DNA from: Gammaproteobacteria bacterium AqS3
GTDB taxonomy: Bacteria > Pseudomonadota > Gammaproteobacteria > MEIF01 > AqS3
DNA length: 64,000 bases
Assembly (NCBI GenBank): GCA_001750645.1
Contig: MEIF01000228.1
Coordinates: 7,236 to 71,235, forward strand
Reading direction: 5' to 3'
Both the position numbers and the translations under genes were made by a program. The notes beneath the pieces are model-generated. The model was not told the DNA's origin. It was given only the letters and a program-made list of their open reading frames with translations, and made no database searches. Positions 39,687 to 51,152 of this stretch are shown here, piece after piece (the first letter of the stretch is position 1; each line of letters starts with the position of its first letter).

Positions 39687-41117
39687 TTAAGGCGTCATCA
39701 CCGCCTTGGTTTCAAGAAATTCCTCAAAGCCGTAGTCGCCCCATTCACGCCCGTTGCCCGACTTCTTATAGCCGCCAAAGGGTGCATTGAAATCAACTCC
39801 AGCTCCGTTGATGTGTACATTGCCCGAGCGCAGCTGGTCCGCGACACTCTTGGCTCGCTCTGGATTCCCCGAGGAGACGTAGCCGCTGAGACCGTATTCG
39901 GTGTCATTGGCGATTTCGACAGCCTGCTCTTCGTCGGCGTAGGGCAGGATGCACAGCACCGGGCCAAAAATCTCCTCGCGCGCAATGGTCATGTCGTTGC
40001 TGACATTGGCAAAAACTGTCGGGCGCACGTAATAGCCCTTGTTCATGCCCTGCGGCCGACCCGGACCCCCCGTGACCAGGGTGGCGCCCTCCTTGATGCC
40101 GGCTTCAATCAGGCCCTGGATTTTGTTGAACTGCACTTCGCTGACCACCGGGCCGAGCTGCGAACCCTCGGCGTCTGGGGCGGCGGGCTCAATCGACTCG
40201 GCCGTCTTGCGGGCGATCTCAACCGCCTCATCGTGCTTGGCCTGGGGAACCAGCATGCGGGTCGGAGCGTTGCAGGACTGACCCGAATTGGTGAAGCACT
40301 GGATCACCCCTCCCGAGACGGCCTGCTCGAGATCGACATCCTCGAGCATGATGTTGGCGCTCTTGCCGCCCAGCTCCTGGGCAACGCGCTTGACGGTTCC
40401 GGCAGCGGAACGGGCCACGCTGATGCCCGCGCGCGTCGAACCGGTGAAGGACATCATGTCAATGCCCGGGTGTGCGCTCATCGCCTCGCCGACCGTCGGG
40501 CCGTCGCCGTTGACCAGGTTGAAGACCCCCTTGGGCACTCCGGCTTCGTGCAAAATCTCAGCAAAAATCAAGGCGTTAAGGGGAGCAACCTCGCTGGGCT
40601 TGAGCACCATCGTGCAGCCGGCAGCCAGCGCCGGAGCCACTTTGCAGGCGATCTGATTGATCGGCCAGTTCCAGGGAGTGATCATGCCGCACACGCCGAC
40701 CGGCTCCTTGCGAATGACGTGCTTGCCGCGCGACTCTTCAAATGTGTAGTTCTTCAGGACTTCAATGGCCCCGGCGATGTGGGCCAGACCCGATGGAGCC
40801 TGGGCGGCATTGGCCAGCCCCAGCGGCGCTCCCATCTCGGATGAAATCACCTTGGCGATATCCCCGAGGCGCGTCGAATAGATTTCGACGATTTTCCCCA
40901 GCAGCGCCATGCGCTCCTCAGGCGTTGTCCGACTGAATGCCGGAAAGGCCGCGCGCGCTGCGGCGACGGCTCGATCAACATCCTCCGAACTCCCCAGGGC
41001 GATTTGCGCAATCGACTCCTCGGTGGCGGGGTTGATGACATCGAGCAATTTCAGCTCTCCTGCGGGGTCAACCCAGGCGCCATCAATATAAAAGTGTTTG
41101 TGTTGGGCAGTGGACAT
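39687..41117 (-). CDS. NAD(P)-dependent aldehyde dehydrogenase
   Basis: The ALDH motifs ELGGKS (Glu active site) and FTNSGQSCNAPTR (Cys active site) are present, with a GxGxxG-like coenzyme-binding segment. Confidence 0.85.
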   Translation of the reverse strand: MSTAQHKHFYIDGAWVDPAGELKLLDVINPATEESIAQIALGSSEDVDRAVAAARAAFPAFSRTTPEERMALLGKIVEIYSTRLGDIAKVISSEMGAPLGLANAAQAPSGLAHIAGAIEVLKNYTFEESRGKHVIRKEPVGVCGMITPWNWPINQIACKVAPALAAGCTMVLKPSEVAPLNALIFAEILHEAGVPKGVFNLVNGDGPTVGEAMSAHPGIDMMSFTGSTRAGISVARSAAGTVKRVAQELGGKSANIMLEDVDLEQAVSGGVIQCFTNSGQSCNAPTRMLVPQAKHDEAVEIARKTAESIEPAAPDAEGSQLGPVVSEVQFNKIQGLIEAGIKEGATLVTGGPGRPQGMNKGYYVRPTVFANVSNDMTIAREEIFGPVLCILPYADEEQAVEIANDTEYGLSGYVSSGNPERAKSVADQLRSGNVHINGAGVDFNAPFGGYKKSGNGREWGDYGFEEFLETKAVMTP

Positions 41118-41377
41118 TGTGTGTTCCCTCCTCGTTTCAAAGCGGCCTGATCAGGCCGAGCAACTTGCCAAGATAAGCACAGACTTGCCGTCGGTGCAAC
41201 TGCCCCCTGACAATCGCCCGTTTTTGCCGCCTTTAATCTGCTTTCAGATGCCGCCTCGCCGCTGCTCGGGGTGTCAATGCCCGATCCCACCCCAGCCCTA
41301 TCGCCGCTGAAATCCTCCTTGATCGGCCCGATCCCTGTGCTAAACTTGCCGCCGTTCGCCGGAGTGTCCGGGTTTCT

Positions 41378-41512
41378 GTGAAACGCACTTATCAGCCCAG
41401 CACACTCAAACGCAAGCGTCGCCATGGCTTCCGTGCGCGCATGGCGACTGCAGCCGGGCGGCGAATCGTCAAGCGCCGGCGCACTCGAGGGCGGCGCAAA
41501 CTGTCAGCCTGA
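41378..41512 (+). CDS. rpmH: 50S ribosomal protein L34
   Basis: A GTG start gives (M)[43 protein letters not shown]. It is too short for the track. It is conserved immediately upstream of rnpA. Confidence 0.85.
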   Translation: MKRTYQPSTLKRKRRHGFRARMATAAGRRIVKRRRTRGRRKLSA

Positions 41513-41937
41513 TGAATCGGGATTCGGGCGCCGGATCTTCTCGGCGCAGTCCTCGCAGGCGATCCCATCGCAAAGTTCTGGGCGAATTTCAGGGCGATGG
41601 CTACACCCTTCTTCTGCGGCCGCTTGAAGATGCCGCGGCGAAAAAATTGCTTCTGCGCATTCCCAAACGACTGCTGAACTCGGCTGCGGCGCGCAACCGC
41701 ATCAAGCGAATTGTCCGGGCAGCACAGCAGCGGCATTCCGCGAACGTTCCCCAAGCCCAGTGGCTGTTCACTGCCCAGCCTGGCATTGAAAATCGCATCA
41801 GGGGTGCGGGTCTGTTTTGGGAATTGGTCAATCTGCCGCTGCCCGGGGAGACGCAGCCCGAACTGCGTGACGAGCCGCAAAAGGAAGGCGCCGCTGCACC
41901 AGCGACACCGGTGCAAAACTCCAACCGCTCCTCCGAG
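41512..41937 (+). CDS. rnpA: RNase P protein component, reading frame continues without a stop into yidD
   Basis: The RnpA RNR motif [11 protein letters not shown] is present. The ATG overlaps the rpmH TGA. No stop codon occurs before the YidD Met at 41938 (a single 220-aa ORF on the track). Confidence 0.7.
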
Positions 41938-42174
41938 ATGGCGGGCAGCGCCGTGATTCACCTGATTCGCTTCTATCAGCGCTGGCTGTCGCCGCTGCTG
42001 GGACCGCACTGCCGCTACATGCCGACCTGCTCCGAGTACGCCATCGAGGCGATCCGCTCGCGCGGTGTCCTGCGCGGGGGGCTGCTCGGACTGCGCCGGC
42101 TGGCGCGCTGCCATCCCCTGGGCGGTTCGGGCTACGACCCGGTGCCCTGCGACCCCCCGAAAAATCCCTCGTGA
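41938..42174 (+). CDS. yidD: Membrane protein insertion efficiency factor YidD
   Basis: The sequence [43 protein letters not shown] is the conserved YidD family sequence. Confidence 0.75.
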   Translation: MAGSAVIHLIRFYQRWLSPLLGPHCRYMPTCSEYAIEAIRSRGVLRGGLLGLRRLARCHPLGGSGYDPVPCDPPKNPS

Positions 42175-43811
42175 CGCCTCAGATGCGCCTCATCCACTCA
42201 AGTGCGCTGAGGTATGCGCTCTACGCACTGCTGGCTCTGACGACATACTCCCTGATCCTGGCCTGGGGGGCGCGCAGCGAGCAGATTGAAAAGGCGCAGG
42301 CGACGGTGCAGCAGCAGGCCATGACCGAAATGCTGCAGATGAGCGCCTCCCAAGCCGACGTGGTTCGCATCCAGACCGACGTCCTGCAGCTGGCCGTGCA
42401 GCGCACCGGAGGCGACATCATCGAAGCCTCGCTGATGCAGTATCCGGTCTCAACCCACAACCACAACCCGCTGCCGCTGCTGCTGAACACCCCCGAGCGG
42501 TTTTACATCGCCCAGAGCGGCCTCGGCGGGCGCGACGGCTTCGATGTGCGCACCCGGTCGCGTCCCGAATATCAGGTTCAGCAGAGCGAATATGTCATTG
42601 ACAGTGACACCGGTTCGATCGAGATTCCGATGCAGTTCTCCAAGAACGGCATCTCGGTCACCAAGACCTACACGCTGAACCAGGGCAGCTATCTGATTCA
42701 AGTTCGTCACCGCGTGGTCAACCGCTCCGGTGCGCCGATTTACCTGCGCCAGTTCGGCACGCTGAGGCGCGACAGTCTGGCGCCGCTGGAGGGCGATTCA
42801 CAGGGGCTGGGGCTGGCAGGCTATGTCGGGGGGGCGACCACCTCCCCGGAAGAGCTCTACCTAAAGCTTGACTTTGACGACATCGAACAGATTCCTTACG
42901 TGCGCGAACAGGCTCTGGGCGGCTGGATTGCGGTGCTGCAGCGCTATTTCCTGAGCGCCTGGATTCCCGATCCCGACGGCGAGTACAACTATCGGGCCAG
43001 ACGCCTCGGCGGCGAGGCCGAGAATGCCCGCTATCAGTATGGCTTCGCCTCCGCCGAGGAGGTGCGCATAGATGAAGGCGAAGAGCACACGTTCAGCGCC
43101 AACCTATACCTGGGCCCCAAAATCTACGGCAACCTCAAGCAGCTCGCCCCCAACCTGGAGCTGGCGGTCGACTACGGCTGGCTGTTCTTCATCGGCGAGC
43201 CGCTCTTTCTGCTGCTGCAGTGGCTGCACGACTACACCGACAACTGGGGCTGGGCCATCGTGCTGCTGACCCTGACGGTCAAGGTCGCCTTCTTCTGGCT
43301 GTCCAATGCGGGCTATCGATCAACCTCGCGCATGCGGCTATTGAGCCCCATGCTGACCGAACTGCGCGAGCGCTTTCCCGACGACCGGCAGAAGCAGATG
43401 CAGGAGAGCATGGCACTGTATCGCCGCCACAAAATCAACCCCCTGGGCGGATGCCTGCCGCTGCTGATTCCGATGCCGATTTTCATCGCGCTCTACTGGG
43501 TGCTGATCGAGAGCGTGGAGCTGCGCCAGGCACACTTCGCACTGTGGATCAGCGATCTGTCCTCGCCCGATCCGTACTACGCACTGCCGCTGCTGATGGG
43601 CGCCTCAATGCTGGTGATGCAGCAGCTCAGCCCGCCCCCGCCCAACCTTGACCCGATGCAGGCGCGCATGCTCAAATTCATGCCGGTGGCCTTCACGCTG
43701 TTCTTTCTCTGGTTTCCGGCCGGCCTAGTGCTCTACTGGCTGATCAACAACATGTTCTCGATGACGCACCAGTACATCGTCAACCAGAACACGCAGCGCA
43801 AGGGCCTCTAG
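42171..43811 (+). CDS. yidC: Membrane protein insertase YidC
   Basis: The 546-aa product has a large periplasmic domain and the conserved C-terminal 5-TM core ([26 protein letters not shown]). Confidence 0.9.
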   Translation: MTPQMRLIHSSALRYALYALLALTTYSLILAWGARSEQIEKAQATVQQQAMTEMLQMSASQADVVRIQTDVLQLAVQRTGGDIIEASLMQYPVSTHNHNPLPLLLNTPERFYIAQSGLGGRDGFDVRTRSRPEYQVQQSEYVIDSDTGSIEIPMQFSKNGISVTKTYTLNQGSYLIQVRHRVVNRSGAPIYLRQFGTLRRDSLAPLEGDSQGLGLAGYVGGATTSPEELYLKLDFDDIEQIPYVREQALGGWIAVLQRYFLSAWIPDPDGEYNYRARRLGGEAENARYQYGFASAEEVRIDEGEEHTFSANLYLGPKIYGNLKQLAPNLELAVDYGWLFFIGEPLFLLLQWLHDYTDNWGWAIVLLTLTVKVAFFWLSNAGYRSTSRMRLLSPMLTELRERFPDDRQKQMQESMALYRRHKINPLGGCLPLLIPMPIFIALYWVLIESVELRQAHFALWISDLSSPDPYYALPLLMGASMLVMQQLSPPPPNLDPMQARMLKFMPVAFTLFFLWFPAGLVLYWLINNMFSMTHQYIVNQNTQRKGL

Positions 43812-43813
43812 CC

Positions 43814-45154
43814 GTGGCGGATGTCATTGCGGCGCCGGCCACGCCCCCCGGGCGCGGAGCCGTCTCCATCATTCGGCTCTCCGGCGATGCAGTCGCCGAG
43901 ATCGCCTTCAAGCTCGGCATAGATCAGATCGAGCACGCCCGCGCGCGCCGCATCGACCTCAGGCTCGGGGGCGAGCTGCTCGACGAGGCTCTGGCCCTGT
44001 GGTTTGCCGCACCGCGCTCATACACCGGCGAGGATGTCCTCGAACTGCAGTGCCACGGCAGCCCTCCGATCATTGATCGCCTGATGACCGAGATCTGCTC
44101 GCTCGGTGCGCGCCTGGCCCGGCCGGGTGAATTCACCGAGCGCGCCTGCGTCAACGGGAAAATGGATCTGCTGCGCGCCGAGGCCGTCGCCGACCTGATC
44201 AATGCGCGCACCCAGAGTGCGGCGGCGGGCGCTCTGCGCTCGCTGCAGGGGGCGTTCTCCGAGCGCGTTGCCGATCTGGGCGAGCAGCTCAGCACACTGC
44301 GCGCGCACATTGAGTTTGCCCTCAACTTTGAGGAGGGCGACGACCAGCTTGAGACTCGGCGGCTGGATGAGGTCGAGTCGACTCTGCTGGGCATGCACGA
44401 GGCGGCACAGAGCATCCTGGCCGGAGCCGAGCGCGGCGAGCAGCTCATCGCCGGAGCCTGCATCGCCCTGATCGGTGCGCCCAATGCCGGCAAGTCAAGC
44501 CTGCTGAACCGGCTGGCGGGGTCGGAGCTCGCCATCGTCAGCGAGAATCCAGGCACCACGCGGGATCCCGTCCGCACCCAGATCGAGATTGCCGGCATGC
44601 CGTTTGAGATCATCGACACCGCCGGGCTGCGCCGCGAGAACACCAGCGAAGTCGAGCGCCTCGGAATTGAGCGCGCCCTGCAGGCCGTGCAGCGGGCAGA
44701 CGCAGTGGTGCTGATGTACGACGCCAGCCTCGGAAGCGATTTCAGCGAACTGGTCTCGGAATTTGACGAGGCGCTCAAGGATGCCCGAATGCTCCGTCTG
44801 GCCAACAAGATCGATCTGCTGGACGAGGCCGGGCTGGGCATTCTGCCCGCCGACGATCTCAAGATCAGCGTGCACACCGGAGAGGGGCTCAAGACACTCG
44901 AGCAGCACCTGGCAGCGCTGTTTGACCGCTCCGAGGAATTCGCCTTCAGCGCCCGCTCCCGACACCTTATATGCCTGCGCCAGTTTGAGGACCTGGTTCA
45001 GACTGCTCTGGTTCAGTGGCAGGCTCTGAAAGCCCCCGATCTGCTGGCCGAGGACCTGCGGGGAATGCAGAGGGCCCTGGCCGAACTCACCGGAGACATC
45101 ACCGACGAAACACTCCTGGGCTCGATCTTTTCAAGTTTCTGCATCGGCAAGTAG
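43814..45154 (+). CDS. mnmE: tRNA modification GTPase MnmE (TrmE)
   Basis: The G-domain has GAPNAGKSSLLN, DTAG and NKIDL. The C-terminal CxGK (CIGK) is present. Confidence 0.9.
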   Translation: MADVIAAPATPPGRGAVSIIRLSGDAVAEIAFKLGIDQIEHARARRIDLRLGGELLDEALALWFAAPRSYTGEDVLELQCHGSPPIIDRLMTEICSLGARLARPGEFTERACVNGKMDLLRAEAVADLINARTQSAAAGALRSLQGAFSERVADLGEQLSTLRAHIEFALNFEEGDDQLETRRLDEVESTLLGMHEAAQSILAGAERGEQLIAGACIALIGAPNAGKSSLLNRLAGSELAIVSENPGTTRDPVRTQIEIAGMPFEIIDTAGLRRENTSEVERLGIERALQAVQRADAVVLMYDASLGSDFSELVSEFDEALKDARMLRLANKIDLLDEAGLGILPADDLKISVHTGEGLKTLEQHLAALFDRSEEFAFSARSRHLICLRQFEDLVQTALVQWQALKAPDLLAEDLRGMQRALAELTGDITDETLLGSIFSSFCIGK

Positions 45155-45453
45155 GACAAGCTTTGCACAGCGGTCAGAAAAACTGTGCATAGCGGCTGAA
45201 TGATTTTCGGGTTGATTTTTTATCCACAGCATTCCACAGGGCGCTCACAGCGGAAGGAAGTCTCAAAAAATTAAAAAGTGCAGAAAAAACAGAGACATAA
45301 GAGGTTATCCCTATATCCAGAAAGCTCATCAGCCATCATCTGTACTCATCAACCCATCAGATCTTCTGTTTATTAATAAACAGAAGAGAAGGTTGAGGGG
45401 GTCTGTGGGCAGGGTTCTATAATCGGGCACAGTTCACCCGCTGCGGTTCTGGC
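45155..45453. promoter_or_regulatory. AT-rich mnmE-mnmG intergenic region with DnaA boxes, candidate oriC and mnmG promoter
   Basis: It contains a perfect DnaA box TTATCCACA (45224-45232). Degenerate boxes are present (CTATGCACA rc, TTATCCCTA). There is a GATC site and a 26-bp perfect palindrome TCTTCTGTTTATTAATAAACAGAAGA. A ctataat -10-like element lies near mnmG. The position is analogous to the gidA-proximal oriC of enterobacteria and vibrios. Confidence 0.4.
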
Positions 45454-47262
45454 ATGCACGATGTCATTGTCGTTGGTGCCGGCCACGCCGGATGTGAGGC
45501 AGCCCTCGCCGCCGCGCGAACAGGTGCGCACACACTGCTTCTGACCCAGAGCATCGACGCCATTGGTGCGCTGTCCTGCAACCCTTCGGTGGGCGGCATC
45601 GGCAAGAGCCATCTGGTGCGGGAGGTCGACGCCTTGGGCGGAGCCATGGCGCTGATCAGCGACCGAGCGGGCATTCATTTTCGGATTCTCAACTCAGCCA
45701 AGGGGGCGGCGGTTCGCGCCACCCGGGCTCAGGTTGATCGGCTGATCTACGCGCGCTGCATGCGGGGTCTGATTGAATCCGCTGAAAATCTTGAGGTCCT
45801 TCAGCAGAGTGTCGAGGATCTGCTCGTCGCGAATCACCGGGTTGTCGGGGTGCGAACCGGAATGGGTCTTGAGTTCTCGGCGCGCACGGTGGTGCTGACC
45901 ACGGGAACCTTCCTCGGCGGTCGGCTCTGCATCGGCAGGGAGGTTCAGGCCGGCGGGCGAGCCGGCGCCCCGGCGGCAAATGCCCTGGGACAGCGCCTGC
46001 GGGATCTGGATCTGCCGGTCGGTCGGCTCAAGACCGGAACCCCGCCCCGGCTTGACCGGCGCAGCGTCGACTTCTCAAAAATGGCCGAGCAGCCCGGCGA
46101 CGATCCGACACCGGTGTTTTCCTTTCTAGGCAAGCGCGATATGCACCCACGCCAGGTCAGCTGCCACATCACCCGCACCACGGCACAGACCTGCTCGCTG
46201 GTCGCCGAGCACCTGCATGAGTCGGCGATGTACTCCGGCAATATTCAGGGTGTCGGACCGCGCTACTGTCCCTCAATCGAGGACAAGATCGGACGATTTC
46301 CTGATCGCAGCGAACATCAGGTGTTCATTGAGCCCGAGGGTCTGGACAGCGCCGAGCTCTACCCCAACGGCATCTCGACCAGCCTGCCCTACGCAGTCCA
46401 GGTTCGGTTGGTGCAGACCATCCCCGGTCTTGAGAACGCCCGAATAACGCGACCGGGCTATGCCGTCGAATACGACTATCTTGATCCGAGGGGCATCTCC
46501 CGGGCGCTGCAGAGCCGTCGTCTGGCCGGGCTGTTCCTGGCCGGCCAGATCAATGGCACCACCGGCTATGAGGAGGCGGCGGCGCAGGGGCTTTTGGCCG
46601 GGCTGAATGCGGCGCGCTCTGCTGCGGATCGAGAATTCTGGACGCCGGAGCGAAGCGAGGGTTATCTGGGGGTCTTGGTCGACGACCTGACTGCGCGGGG
46701 CATCACCGAGCCCTACCGCATGTTTACCAGCCGGGCCGAGCACCGCCTTCTGCTGAGGGAGGACAACGCCGATGTCCGCCTGACTCCGGTCGGGCGCGAC
46801 TTGGGTCTGGTCGACGAAGCTCGCTGGGCCGCCTTCGACGAAAAAATGCAGCAGTTTCAGCGGCAGCACGATCTGCTCCACTCCACCCGAATCGGTGGCG
46901 ACACGCTGGCCAAGAAACTCTGTCAGAGCGGAGTCGGCTATGCCGATTTGGCGGTGCATCTGGGGGGGTGCGCAACCGACCGGGAGGATGTCATCGCCCT
47001 GCTTGAGGCCGAGATTCGCTACGCCGGCTACATTGAGCGCCAGAACCTGGACATCCGCCGGAATCGAGCCAGCGAGCAATTGACGCTGCCAGAGGGTCTC
47101 GACTACGCCCAAATCCCGGGGCTGTCCAATGAAGTTCAGACGAGGCTCGCTGCGGCGGCTCCGGAGACACTGGGTCAGGCCTCCAGAATCGAGGGCATCA
47201 CTCCCGCCGCAGTCTCCCTGATTCGCATCCACCTGAGCCGCACCCGGGAGCATGCGCGGTGA
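45454..47262 (+). CDS. mnmG: tRNA uridine 5-carboxymethylaminomethyl modification enzyme MnmG (GidA)
   Basis: The FAD-binding motif is [14 protein letters not shown]. The 602-aa length and conserved core match GidA. Confidence 0.9.
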   Translation: MHDVIVVGAGHAGCEAALAAARTGAHTLLLTQSIDAIGALSCNPSVGGIGKSHLVREVDALGGAMALISDRAGIHFRILNSAKGAAVRATRAQVDRLIYARCMRGLIESAENLEVLQQSVEDLLVANHRVVGVRTGMGLEFSARTVVLTTGTFLGGRLCIGREVQAGGRAGAPAANALGQRLRDLDLPVGRLKTGTPPRLDRRSVDFSKMAEQPGDDPTPVFSFLGKRDMHPRQVSCHITRTTAQTCSLVAEHLHESAMYSGNIQGVGPRYCPSIEDKIGRFPDRSEHQVFIEPEGLDSAELYPNGISTSLPYAVQVRLVQTIPGLENARITRPGYAVEYDYLDPRGISRALQSRRLAGLFLAGQINGTTGYEEAAAQGLLAGLNAARSAADREFWTPERSEGYLGVLVDDLTARGITEPYRMFTSRAEHRLLLREDNADVRLTPVGRDLGLVDEARWAAFDEKMQQFQRQHDLLHSTRIGGDTLAKKLCQSGVGYADLAVHLGGCATDREDVIALLEAEIRYAGYIERQNLDIRRNRASEQLTLPEGLDYAQIPGLSNEVQTRLAAAAPETLGQASRIEGITPAAVSLIRIHLSRTREHAR

Positions 47263-47861
47263 ATGATTCAGCGGTTGATGCCCGCACGGAGCTGCAATCT
47301 TTTCTGCAGGCCACCGGCGAGCGCTATGCGCACTACTGCGATCTCCTGATGCGCTGGAGTCGGCGCATGAACCTGATCGGCCCGAGCGAGGCGGCGCAGC
47401 TGGGCGAATCCCAGCTGATCGATGCCCTGGGCTTTGCCAGGTGCATTGCCCCGGATGCGCGCTGCATCGTCGATCTCGGCAGCGGCGCCGGACTCCCCGG
47501 AGCGGTTCTGGCCATGGCGCGCCCCGACTGGCAGCTGCACCTGATCGAAGCCCGCCGCCGGCGCGCGGCATTTCTGCGCCAGGTGGCGATCGAGCTGCAT
47601 CTGGACAACCTGTCCGTGCATTCGGGGCGCGCCGAGGCTTTCACGCCGAGGCAGTCCGTGGACACGATCGTCTCGCGCGGCTTTGGGCCGCTCGCGCGCC
47701 AGATCGACTGCACGCGAACCTGGTGGGCTGCCGAGACCGAGCTGATCACGCTGAGGGGATCCGAAGAGCGCGACCCGCCCCCCGACGGCTTTGCGCTCAG
47801 GTGCATTGCGCACACCGACGGTCGGGCGTTTTTCTGTGTGCGGCGGGCATCTGGGGCATGA
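47259..47861 (+). CDS. rsmG: 16S rRNA (guanine527-N7)-methyltransferase RsmG (GidB)
   Basis: The SAM-binding motif [10 protein letters not shown] is present. The gene follows mnmG with a 4-bp overlap. Confidence 0.85.
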   Translation: MNDSAVDARTELQSFLQATGERYAHYCDLLMRWSRRMNLIGPSEAAQLGESQLIDALGFARCIAPDARCIVDLGSGAGLPGAVLAMARPDWQLHLIEARRRRAAFLRQVAIELHLDNLSVHSGRAEAFTPRQSVDTIVSRGFGPLARQIDCTRTWWAAETELITLRGSEERDPPPDGFALRCIAHTDGRAFFCVRRASGA

Positions 47862-48637
47862 GCCGGATATTCGCCATCGCCAACCAGAAGGGCGGGGTCG
47901 GAAAGACCACGACGGCGATCAACCTGTCTGCGGCGCTGGCGTCCCTGGGAGATCGCGTCCTGCTCATTGACATGGATGCCCAGGGCAATGCGACCACCGG
48001 AAGCGGCATCAACAAGGCGCTGGTTCCGCTGTCCATCTACGACGCGCTCATCGGCGAGGCCCAGCTGAGCAGGGTCACCGTACACACGGCGCCGGCCGGC
48101 TATGACCTGGCGCCCGCCAACGGCGATCTGGCGGGTCTCAGTGTTGTCGAGGCCCGTCCGGAAGCCGCCCCGCCATACCATCTGCTGCGCGACACCCTGG
48201 TCGGATCCGAGGACAGATACGACTGGATTTTTGTCGATGCCCCGCCCGCCCTGGGACTGGCGACGCTGAACTGCCTGTTCGCGGCGCACGCCGTTTTGGT
48301 GCCGGTGCAGTGCGAGTACTATGCACTGGAGGGGCTCAGCGATCTGATGCAAACCATGCGCAAGATCGGCGAATCGCTGGGTCATCAGCTGCCCCTGGCA
48401 GGCGTGCTGCGCACCATGTACGACTCCCGAAGCAGCCTGTGCAACGACGTCTCCGAGCAGCTCTGCGAACACTTTGCCGATGCGATCTACCAGACGGTCA
48501 TTCCGCGCAACATCCGACTCGCGGAGGCGCCCAGCTACGGGCTGCCGGTTCTGAACTACAGCCCGTCCTGCAAGGGCTCCCAGGCCTACATCGCCTTGGC
48601 TGAGGAATTTCGCGAGCGTGCGGGGGGGTCGCGTTGA
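47858..48637 (+). CDS. parA: Chromosome partitioning ATPase ParA (Soj)
   Basis: The deviant Walker A motif is IANQKGGVGKTTTAINL. The start is placed at MSRIFAIAN. The upstream 139 codons of the track ORF overlap rsmG. Confidence 0.9.
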   Translation: MSRIFAIANQKGGVGKTTTAINLSAALASLGDRVLLIDMDAQGNATTGSGINKALVPLSIYDALIGEAQLSRVTVHTAPAGYDLAPANGDLAGLSVVEARPEAAPPYHLLRDTLVGSEDRYDWIFVDAPPALGLATLNCLFAAHAVLVPVQCEYYALEGLSDLMQTMRKIGESLGHQLPLAGVLRTMYDSRSSLCNDVSEQLCEHFADAIYQTVIPRNIRLAEAPSYGLPVLNYSPSCKGSQAYIALAEEFRERAGGSR

Positions 48638-49587
48638 GCGGCAAGCGCCGCCGCCTCGGGCGCGGGCTCGACGCCCTGCTGGGTCAGGTCGGGGAGCAGC
48701 CGGTCGCGGCTGCGGGAGAGGATCGGGGAGAGCAGGCGAAGCCTCCTTCAGAAGTCGGACAGGAAGTCCTGGAGCTGCCGCTCGACGAAGTGCGCCCCTC
48801 GCCCTATCAGCCGCGCGACAACTTTGATGCGGACGCCCTGAATGAACTGGCCCAGGCCATCCGCACCCACGGAGTGCTGCAGCCGATTCTGGTGCGTCCG
48901 CTGATTGAGGGCGGCTATGAATTGATCGCCGGCGAGCGCCGCCTGCGCGCCGGCCGGCTGGCGGGACTGGACACCATTCCGGCGATCAGCCGTCCGATCG
49001 ACGAGGCCCAGGCGATGGCGGTGGCGCTGATCGAAAACGTCCAGCGCGAGGATCTGCACCCGCTCGAGCGCGCCGCCTCCTTTCTGCGGCTGATCGAGGA
49101 GTGCGGATACACCCACGGCGAGCTGGGCGAGATTCTCGGGATCTCGCGCGCCTCGGTCACCAATGCGCTGCGCCTCTTAAAGCTGCCCCAGGACGTGCGC
49201 GACAGGTTCATGGCCGGGACGCTGGAGATGGGGCACGCGCGCGCTCTGTCCGGGCTGAAGAACGCCAAGCAGCAGAGCGCCCTGACCCAGCGCATCATTC
49301 AGGACGGACTCTCGGTGCGCCAGACCGAGCAGGAGGTTCAGCGGCTCAACCGCAAGTCCGGCGCTAAGGACCGAGACCGTGGGCGCAAACCGGCATCGAC
49401 TCGTTCGAGGGCATCCGCCGACATCAAGCGCCTGGAGCAGTCCTTGGGCGAACATCTCGGGCTGCCGGTGCGCATCTTTGCCGGACAGCGGGGCGGCCGT
49501 CTGGAGGTGCGCTTTGGCGGGAACGATGAGTTTGAAGGTCTGCTGCAGCGCATCGGCCTCGTCGGGGCCGACGAGACCTCCGACTAG
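48634..49587 (+). CDS. parB: Chromosome partitioning protein ParB (Spo0J)
   Basis: The ParB box is LIAGERRLRAG. An HTH is present. The N-terminal motif is SPYQPRDNFD. Confidence 0.9.
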   Translation: MSGKRRRLGRGLDALLGQVGEQPVAAAGEDRGEQAKPPSEVGQEVLELPLDEVRPSPYQPRDNFDADALNELAQAIRTHGVLQPILVRPLIEGGYELIAGERRLRAGRLAGLDTIPAISRPIDEAQAMAVALIENVQREDLHPLERAASFLRLIEECGYTHGELGEILGISRASVTNALRLLKLPQDVRDRFMAGTLEMGHARALSGLKNAKQQSALTQRIIQDGLSVRQTEQEVQRLNRKSGAKDRDRGRKPASTRSRASADIKRLEQSLGEHLGLPVRIFAGQRGGRLEVRFGGNDEFEGLLQRIGLVGADETSD

Positions 49588-49683
49588 GCGGATCATGGAA
49601 CTGCGCGTCCAATCTGCCGACCGGAGAAGCACGAGAGTCAATGCGTGTAAAATGCGCCGGCCGATGCGTTATCCGCCGGTCTT

Positions 49684-50043
49684 TTGCTCAAAAAACTGCT
49701 TATCGTGCAATTGATTTTTTCAGTTTTCGCGGCTGCTGTCGTCGGGCTGCTGGTTCCGCAGCATCTGCTCGTCGGCCTCGCCGGTGCCACTGCCGCCTGT
49801 GCCCTGGTCACGCTTGCACTCATCGCCACAGGCAGCCCCCTGATCCAGAACAGCGCCCGTCCGCACACCCTGCTGCTCGGACTGGAGGCCGTCAAATGGC
49901 TGCTGGCAGTCGGGCTGCTGGCGTTCGGAATCGTCTCTCTCGGCCCGCTCGCCGGACTGTGGTTCGGCGGTGCTTTTGTTCTGCTCTACGTGCTCAGCTA
50001 CCTGGGCCTGATGGCCTTTGCCGCACCGGGCGGCGGTCAATAG
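49684..50043 (+). CDS. atpI: ATP synthase protein I (AtpI)
   Basis: This is a small 4-TM hydrophobic protein that immediately precedes atpB. Confidence 0.6.
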   Translation: MLKKLLIVQLIFSVFAAAVVGLLVPQHLLVGLAGATAACALVTLALIATGSPLIQNSARPHTLLLGLEAVKWLLAVGLLAFGIVSLGPLAGLWFGGAFVLLYVLSYLGLMAFAAPGGGQ

Positions 50044-50877
<834 letters not shown>

Positions 50878-50896
50878 CGGGGAAAACACGGCCTAA

Positions 50897-51145
<249 letters not shown>

Positions 51146-51152
51146 CTGCGGC

